Below are positions 56,519 to 64,000 of a stretch of 64,000 nucleotides of DNA, one piece after another (within the stretch, counting starts at the first letter, position 1; every line of letters starts with the position of its first letter). Made by a program: the position numbers and the translations under genes. The notes under the pieces were generated by a model that saw only the letters and a program-made list of their open reading frames with translations, was not told the origin of the DNA and did no database searches. The stretch comes from Mayamaea pseudoterrestris (taxonomy: Eukaryota), in contig BROI01000011.1 in NCBI GenBank assembly GCA_027923505.1, positions 1 through 64,000 of the forward strand, given 5' to 3'.

Positions 56519-56695
56519 TTGGACTTAGCTGTCAGTATGCAGAGATTCTCGACGGGGTGAGCGACGTCTATGGGAAACGAACGCTAGGGGTTGTTGCGCA
56601 AATGAAGCAAAAAGTGCTGGTTATGGGCTGTGAAACGATAAACAAGGACCCATCATTGGACTTTGCTGTCAGTGTGCAGTGATTCTCGACGGGGT
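56419..56695 (+). repeat. Diverged ~140-bp tandem duplication of the pseudogene 3' end
   Basis: GAGCGACGTCT...GATTCTCGACGGGGT at 56419-56558 and 56559-56695. Confidence 0.85.
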
Positions 56696-57177
56696 ATAAA
56701 GCGAGATGCGGCGCGCGAGTGGAAGTTGCCGTAGTGGTGGAAGACACGATCTGGAGAGACCAATTGACCTTGCAATGTTATACTAATTATGTATTAATGA
56801 TATTGTCGTCTACTTTTTGGTTAACGTAGCGTTGTGTCATTGCGCAGCTAAAACGTTCCATGCATGACACTCAAGGACAAGCTCTATCATATCGATACTG
56901 TACACAGGAATTCCAATGTGCAGTATCCAGCAAGAGTAAATAATGGTGGCATGTCAAGCAACAATTGGAGAGAAATGCCTCCGACAAAATCTCTCACTCT
57001 CGTTCGCGAGAGGCTCCGAATCGAAATTAATGCTACCAATCGGTCATCCATATTCAACGGGCAACAATGTCAGACATTTGGGTATCGGTAACAAAAAATG
57101 TGGCATCTGTGGAACTTGGCGTTTCATTCAAACCACCCTTCCAAGGACGTGTTAAAGCAACGGTACCAATGAATGAA

Positions 57178-60066
57178 TCACCCCCGAATGCGCAAGCCCT
57201 TTGGATCAAACATTGGCCGAAACGACAACTCCACTGGGTAATATTGGATCCCCACTTGCACTTGCCATTCTCCTTTGCGAATGTAGCACTTGTCGATGAC
57301 TGAATCGTCCTCTTCTAGCATGGCCAAGCCAATGGCGCCTCCGATCGAGTGACCATAGGAAGCCCCTCGAACATCAGCCAATGCTTCGTCGTTTCGCCAC
57401 AAGACTTCGCCATGATGCAAAAGAGGGCCCGCATCCTTGACCAAGACACTGGCGATGCGTTTGTGCAAACCGCCACGTTGTCGTTGATGATGCCTGTCTT
57501 TGGGCAAGCACATGCTCTTGTCCAATGAACGGAATATTTTTATCGAAATCACATGTTAACGACAAACCAACGTCCAGCAAGGTATCAGTATTATCCATGT
57601 CATGGCCGTAGTCTCGATAACCCTTTTCCTGGTTGTTATAGAACCTCACCAGAATGTGAGTGGCTATAAAAATGTTCCATCTAAACTAGGGGAGCTCAAT
57701 CTCCGAACGTACCATTCGTAGCGAGCCGAGCGCTTTAAGCCCTGCATGTTTCAGATCAAACGCCCGACCAGCTTCGAAAATAATATCGTAAACATGGCGA
57801 GCCTGCTCCACGGGGACAAATAGCTCATAGCCGAGTTCGCCAACGTATGTGATGCGGCAACAAAGCACTCTTGCCAACCCAATGTCAATCGTTCTTGCAC
57901 ACCGAAACGGAAAATTGGCATCTTTCAATACTTCGCTCGTCAAAGTCTGAAGCAGCTCACGGGAGCGAGGTCCTTGTAGATTGATTAGTGCGTATCGGGC
58001 TGTCATGTCTTTGATAAAGACGTGGTCCTGTTGTACATTAGAGAAGGGGACGTTAAGAATACAGTTAATTGCAGATTTCTTTCGCCACCATCAACATACT
58101 CACTTGTGTTGTCATTCGTTGCAGCATGTGATTCATGACTTGGTTATGCATTGTGTCAGTCGCCACCACCAAAAATTCTTCGTCGTTCACCTTTGTGACG
58201 GTCAAGTCCGCTTGCATGTAACCTCGCTCGTCAAGCCACTGCGTGTAAGTGATGCGGCCAGCATCTCCGTCAACGTTAGCCGTCGATAGTCGATTCAGAA
58301 AAGCCCCAGCATCTCGACCCTGTACGAAGAACTTGGACATGAAACTCATGTCAAACAGAGCTACATTGTTGCGGCATGCCAAGTGTTCCGCTTCCCATTG
58401 CGGAAACCAATTTTCGCGCCCAAAGCTTTCCTTTTCTACCACTGGACGCTCTCCTGACGATGCATACCACAAGGGCGACTCCCATCCCGAAACATTACCA
58501 AAGTAAGCGCCCCGCGTCGCGAGTCGATCGTGTAATGGTGATTGCTTGGCGTCGCGACAAGTGCTTGGTTGATGGTTTGGATAATGAATTCGATACGTGT
58601 TCGCCAACGTTTCGGGCGCCCGATGCTTTCGATCCAGTGGATTAGATTGGAAAGGATGAAAACGATTGACATGGACACTTGTCACGTCAATGTGGTTGGG
58701 TGCATGCCCGTGTTTGATCCACTCTGCCAGAAGCTTGCCGACGCCACCAGCCGAGAGAATGCCCAATGAATTCATTCCGGCTGCGACGTAGTAGTTGCGA
58801 AGTTCGGGTGACTCGCCAATAATTGGGTTGCCATCTGAGTACGATATCGAGGCCGAAACGAGTAGATGAGGCCAGCCTCGGACTGTATTTACTCACGCAA
58901 AGCAAACGCAATCGTAAATGCAACATCTTACCTGGCGTAAAGGACTCGGGACCACAAAACAACTTTTTGACGCCAGCATTCTTCACGTCTGGTATGATTT
59001 CCATTGCCTTTTCAATAAACGGCATCATGCGATCCCAGTCTGGTTCCAGCTCCAGAAAAGATGCATCGTTTGGAACGCCAGTCTCATCGTGCTTCCAGCT
59101 CCTGGCGTCCGTTTCAAACAGTCCAAGCAATAATCCACCACCTTCGGGTCGTAAGTACATGCACCGACTCGCATCCTCCACCACGGGCCAAGACGAGTCT
59201 ACCGTCTCGATTGGCTCCGTCAGCAAATAGTAATGCTCCGCCGCCTGGTTGGGTATTGCGTGCACGTTACTGGCTTGTGCAAACTGTCGGGCCCACATTC
59301 CGGCACAATTGACAACTTTATGGCAGTGAATAACATTACCATTCTCCAGCAAGACGCCACTGACAGACGGCGGACCAAAACCATGATTAGATTTCGTGGA
59401 TAGTACTTTAGCGACTGGCGCATGCTCCAAGACGGTCACGCCGTTTCGTTTCGCCGCCGCAATGAGCGCCATGGTGACATCGGTCGGATTCGCTCGACCA
59501 TCGGTTGGAACGTGAAAGCCTGCCAATACCAAGGATGTATCAATCATGGGGCAAAGGTCTTTGACTTGCGTTGGTGTAATTTCTTGCACATTGACGCCGC
59601 AGAATTGATTAAAGGCCGCAACGCGTCGGTAGTAGTCAAGTCGTTCCTCATTGCAGGCCAATTCTACCAAGCCAACCTCCATCCATCCGGTTGACATGCC
59701 TGTCTCTTGAGGCAATATTTCACTGTATAGCTGTCTTGTATACTTTCGAAATTCTGTACTTGTTCGACTTAAACTTCCAAAGGTATTCACCAAGCCAGCC
59801 GCGTGCCATGTCGTTCCTGATGTCAGCTGATGGCGCTCCAGCAAGACTACATTTTTAACGTGCAGTTTCGATAAATGGTAAGCGACGGATGCTCCAATGA
59901 CTCCCCCACCGACAATGACTACATTTGCTTCTGATGGATATTGATTTGATGTTGGGGATGATGGAAATGAAGCATATGCAAGTGATTCCAGCGACGTGAA
60001 AGAATGCGACAAGGCTCGATTTTGACGAGCTGCAAGAGTATGGGAAATACTTTTTGCAAGTCTCAT
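57178..60066 (-). CDS. Dimethylglycine/sarcosine dehydrogenase family protein (FAD oxidoreductase + GcvT); exons 60066-58932, 58834-58104, 58027-57713, 57628-57178, with a frameshift near 57490
   Basis: VIVGGGVIG, LTSGTTWHAAGL, spliced GPESFTPDG, RITYVGELGYE, LRMEKGYRDYGHD; C-terminal domain lies in a shifted frame. Confidence 0.88.
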
Positions 60067-60440
60067 GGTCGCATTCAAGACGGTCTCAAAATGTCATGTA
60101 GCAAGCTAACTTTCGTCTATCTTCATTGCATTTTTAGCAGCGAACATAAGATCGTGCCATGATCAATGATCAATTCCATTCTGGAAGTGTCACAGCGGTT
60201 TCAGTTCGCATTGCCCCTTCTGGGCTTATGCTAAATTTTCTTTTCATGACTTCTTTTCACGACTTCTGTGCGTCCAAGTGCGCACTTGGCGCGCAGCGCG
60301 CACGGCGGGCGAACGTTCACCGCAAGCACCATCCAAAATGGAAGAAAACTGCAGCTGTCGATTTCGACACTCGCTCCAACAACGCAGCAGCAGCCATCAC
60401 AATACGACAAGCATTGCAAAAGACTTACAAAATCATCGAT

Positions 60441-60830
60441 ATGACTACTACTACTATGAACAAGCTTTCCCTCCTCCTCGTGGCTCTCGTCGCTGCTAGC
60501 ACCAACGCATGGGTCTCATCATCAACAACATTTACGTCTCGCTCGTCAAACAGTCGCTTGATGATGGCTGACATCAACAAGGGAACGGTCAAGTGGTTCG
60601 ACAGCACCAAGGGCTTTGGCTTCATTGCTCCGGACGATGAAACGAGCCAGGACGTGTTTGTCCATCAGACTGCCATTCAAACCGAGGGCTACCGCAGTTT
60701 GGCCCAAGGCGAAGCCGTCGAATACCAAACACACGAAGAGAATGGAAGATTGAAGGCCATTCACGTGACTGGACCCAACGGAGCGGATGTTCAGGGAGCT
60801 CCGTTTGCACCAAGACTTGATTACAACTAA
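60441..60830 (+). CDS. Cold-shock domain protein with bipartite plastid-type presequence
   Basis: [16 protein letters not shown] (RNP1) and DVFVHQT (RNP2); signal peptide ending TNA|W then an S/T/R-rich transit peptide. Confidence 0.9.
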   Translation: MTTTTMNKLSLLLVALVAASTNAWVSSSTTFTSRSSNSRLMMADINKGTVKWFDSTKGFGFIAPDDETSQDVFVHQTAIQTEGYRSLAQGEAVEYQTHEENGRLKAIHVTGPNGADVQGAPFAPRLDYN

Positions 60831-61650
60831 ATGACAATGGATAGTAATGGGAGCAAAGGAGAAGGAAAAACTGATGAGATTGAGTTTGAGGTGCGACTCT
60901 CGTGTCATTCGACGGGGCGGCGAAGAAAGCATTAGCGCAGCAGAATTAAGCGTATAGCAAAGATTTTGTGTAATTAGAGTTGCTTGGATGCTAGCATAGT
61001 TAATTGCATGTCGGCGTCAACCCGGCATCCTCTTCCATCTTGGTTGTGGCAGAAACTACCGTAGCTATGTAAACCTTAACTAACCCTACATTGACTGGAT
61101 CTTGCGAGGGATACAAGCATGGAATCTTGTGACGACGGAATTTTGCCGAAAGAGTCATCGGCATGGCAGCCTCGCAAAACGAGCACAAGCACGCGAGCGT
61201 CTTGATCCTGCATCGAGCGGCTGCCCAAGTCTCCCTGACTCTTTTTTAGACGAGTCTCTCATTTAATTGAAAGGATTGGTAAGTCATGCCTGCATGAATA
61301 TGTGCTTAGAAGGAGGATTAGCAGCTACCTTTAGTCTCGGGGAGGCTTTGAAGGAAGCGCAAGTAGAGAGCGACGAAGATGAACACGAGGATGATACTCT
61401 ACACGTGTCAGACTCGCTGGAAGATGTTTCTCGTCGCGCGTCATCTTATTCGAGTCTCGCGACCACTAGCGAAAGCTACTGGCTTGATTTTTGCCTTTGC
61501 TGCAATGTATACTGACTCTCTCTCCACTCTTTCTTACTTGGTTATTGCAGCCAAAATCTTCCTGTCTTTCCATTTCGTTCCATCTACACCGAAGAAGGAT
61601 CGCTCTTTTTCGTCTTGTGCGAACTCTTTCACATTTAATTCAGCAGCAAA

Positions 61651-63132
61651 ATGGTTCGATTGAATCCAGTTGATCCAGACTTGGCTGCGACGGCTGCCAG
61701 CGACGAGCAGTCGCAGGAGTCTCTGGGCGCGCAGGCACAGGTCGTTGACGATTTGCTTTCCAACTATCGCACCAAGGAACCCAAGTCATCGTTGGATTAC
61801 AAGGCTCCGGCAGGAGGAGCTGATCAAGTTCTTCCGCCGCCCATTCCCAAGAATGAAAATGAGCAGCAGCAGCATACCATGGAATTGAACTATGAGCAAT
61901 TTGCCGGCATGACGCCGGACGAAATTGTTCAAAAGATTCAGGACAATCCGGAACTGCTCCTTGAGGCTCAGAAACAGCAGCAGCAGCAGTCATCGTCTTC
62001 CACCAAGACGCCGCCTCCTACTTCGTCCTCCTCGTCGTCGTCCAAAAAGAGTCGCCAGCGCCTTGAGAAACTTGGAATTGATCAAAGCAAGCAGGTTCCA
62101 GTAGCGCAGTGGGTCATTTTGCTCTTACTCATGGCCTATGGCGCTTGGAAGCTGTATGCGAGCAAGCAGCAACATGCTGCTGCTGCTAACAAAAAGACTG
62201 CCACGAATCGCAGCGTTACGAGCAAGGTTAAGACTGGTAATTCCAAGAGTAAGCAGCAGCAAGCCAAGGGCAAGAATGGCGCGCCCAAGCACGAAACTGC
62301 CAAGAAGACTCCAAAGGCTGCCACCGAAACCACTGGAACCAAGAAGAAGAAACCAAAGACCAAGCCAAGCAAGCCGGCGGTCACCTTCAAGCAGGATTCC
62401 GAGGAGGAATCCGATTCCGACTCGTCGTCATCCTCGAGCGACCGCGCCAAGCCGGCCGTCAAGCCAAAGGCTCCTGTTACCATGCAAAAGGCCAAGAGCG
62501 CTCCCGCTCCAGTTCAACAAGCTGTGCTTGAAAATGACATTGTGGAGGATGGCTGGCAGACAGTCAAGGGAGGCAATGGCGTTGCAAACGACAAGAAGCC
62601 AAAGGCAAACAAGCTCAATGGCAGCGTCAACACTCCGAGCGCAACGCAAGAGTCGGTAGCTGACGCGCCACCTTCTGTAGCTGTTCCGGCTACAGTGGCA
62701 ATGTCGGATGCGGCAGTTGTCAACGCCAATCCGAGCAATGGAGTCGCTACTTCCGAGCCTGCTGCGATTCCACAGGAGGTTGGCTTTGTCGCCGCTCCAA
62801 CGTCATCCAAGAACAAGAAGAAGAAGAAAAAGAGGTTGACGAGTGATGCGGGATCGACGATTAGCAATTTGTCCGCCTCGTCGTCAACGGCATCCCCCAA
62901 CACGGAGGCGGATGCAGCCTTGGCGGCTCGTTTGCAGGAGGCGGAAAACAATTTTGACGCGCCAGCCGAGGAGGACGATTGGGCCCAGGTTAGCAAGAGG
63001 TCCAAGCCAAAGCGAGAAAAGGCCAAGGAAAGCGAAGCGGCGGCTGCAGTTGCAGCCGAAGGCGACGTTGACGTTGCTGCAAGCGTTGCCGCCATTGAGG
63101 CAGAGGGAGGTGAGACGCAAGAGGAGGAATAA
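61651..63132 (+). CDS. Uncharacterised single-pass membrane protein with Lys/Ser-rich disordered tail
   Basis: 493-aa ORF; TM segment WVILLLLMAYGAW; poly-K tracts. Confidence 0.75.
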   Translation: MVRLNPVDPDLAATAASDEQSQESLGAQAQVVDDLLSNYRTKEPKSSLDYKAPAGGADQVLPPPIPKNENEQQQHTMELNYEQFAGMTPDEIVQKIQDNPELLLEAQKQQQQQSSSSTKTPPPTSSSSSSSKKSRQRLEKLGIDQSKQVPVAQWVILLLLMAYGAWKLYASKQQHAAAANKKTATNRSVTSKVKTGNSKSKQQQAKGKNGAPKHETAKKTPKAATETTGTKKKKPKTKPSKPAVTFKQDSEEESDSDSSSSSSDRAKPAVKPKAPVTMQKAKSAPAPVQQAVLENDIVEDGWQTVKGGNGVANDKKPKANKLNGSVNTPSATQESVADAPPSVAVPATVAMSDAAVVNANPSNGVATSEPAAIPQEVGFVAAPTSSKNKKKKKKRLTSDAGSTISNLSASSSTASPNTEADAALAARLQEAENNFDAPAEEDDWAQVSKRSKPKREKAKESEAAAAVAAEGDVDVAASVAAIEAEGGETQEEE

Positions 63133-63350
63133 TTGAGTTCAATTTGTCGACTACTCTACGACGGACATGATAGTATAGTTGCAGCATCAAGATGATCTTG
63201 ACGCTTTAGTTGTTATAAATTGATAATACTTATTTTGTGTTACATTTCGTGAATTAAATTTTGTGCAGAACAAGGGCGAGTCGTCATGTCGAGTCGCTCG
63301 TTTCGTTGGGAACGGCTGCGCAAGTGCCACTTACAACCTGTTCATCTGCA

Positions 63351-64000
63351 TCATTGATCGTTGGAAACTGCTGCGCTATTGTCACTGACAACCTGTTCAT
63401 CGGCATCATTAAGTTGTTGTATACCAAGGCAAACTTTTGCTAAAGATAGAAAGGCCTGCGAATACGTGAATTCGCCTCGTCTCGGCTCAAGAATAACTCC
63501 GCGTTGCTGCAGCTTCTCCATTAGCTCGTCGGCACTTAAACGCTTCCAGTCCATCAGCTCCTTTTCGTATTGCAGTCGCTCGTCGGTATTGCGTCGTCGG
63601 TTGAGTAGCAGCTGCTTGGCCGCATGCTTGGTTTCCGCTTCGATTCGTCCAAACAGTCGGCCTCGTTCAAACGCTCGCGCCGTTCCATTCTGTGATTCCT
63701 GCAAGCACTTTGATATGATGCGCTGCTTGACGATGCGACGAACATCGCGCAAGACTTGGTGAATGTCATGATGTGTATTTCTCCATGCTCGTGGATCCTC
63801 AATGATGAAAAGTGGAATGTCTTGCTCGTCACATAACTTCTGCAACAGCCGCATCGCCTTTGGGACTGCCTGCAAAGCCGCACCATTGGCAATGACTGCG
63901 TGCGGCTTGTTCGCGTCAACAAGACGACTACCAATTGATGCTGCCGTGGCGTTTGTAAAGACACTCATCCATCCTTCGCTGCTACCACGAGACGCAGGGT
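63351..64000 (-). CDS. Uncharacterised protein, 3' part (probably extends past the window)
   Basis: At least a 205-aa ORF converging on the previous gene; no motif recognised. Confidence 0.55.
   Translation of the reverse strand, partial: PASRGSSEGWMSVFTNATAASIGSRLVDANKPHAVIANGAALQAVPKAMRLLQKLCDEQDIPLFIIEDPRAWRNTHHDIHQVLRDVRRIVKQRIISKCLQESQNGTARAFERGRLFGRIEAETKHAAKQLLLNRRRNTDERLQYEKELMDWKRLSADELMEKLQQRGVILEPRRGEFTYSQAFLSLAKVCLGIQQLNDADEQVVSDNSAAVSNDQ

Noticed and set aside
61070..61090. Telomere-like AAACCTTAACTAACCCTA
   Set aside because: Too short and degenerate to distinguish from chance.

Overview
This is a eukaryotic chromosome left end, most likely from a (pennate) diatom, judging by TTAGGG telomeres, CoDi-like copia, bipartite plastid signals and short GT-AG introns. 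The first ~40.2 kb is a layered subtelomere: (CCCTAA)n telomere; satellite I (172/180-bp alternating monomers, each with a G-quadruplex motif); a Ty1/copia LTR element (chromodomain-like integrase tail, apparent half-tRNA-Asn primer site, truncated 3' LTR); 6.4 kb of CTCACTGC satellite II; two head-to-tail 5'-truncated Ngaro-type tyrosine-recombinase retrotransposon copies (apparently exact 3405-bp duplication, B-A-B split direct repeats); GAGCCT satellite III; satellite II again; satellite I again. From 40.6 kb the region is gene-dense: a PsbP-like lumen protein, a divergent pair of atypical V-ATPase c subunits, a transmembrane FG-repeat nucleoporin-like protein, thioredoxin, Twinkle, RPB8, mannose-6-phosphate isomerase, a WbsX/GH99-like pseudogene, a frameshifted dimethylglycine/sarcosine dehydrogenase, a plastid-targeted cold-shock protein and two unknown proteins. 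Several garbled patches and exact duplications in the repeats may be long-read assembly artefacts. All assignments come from reading motifs by eye; no searches were run.
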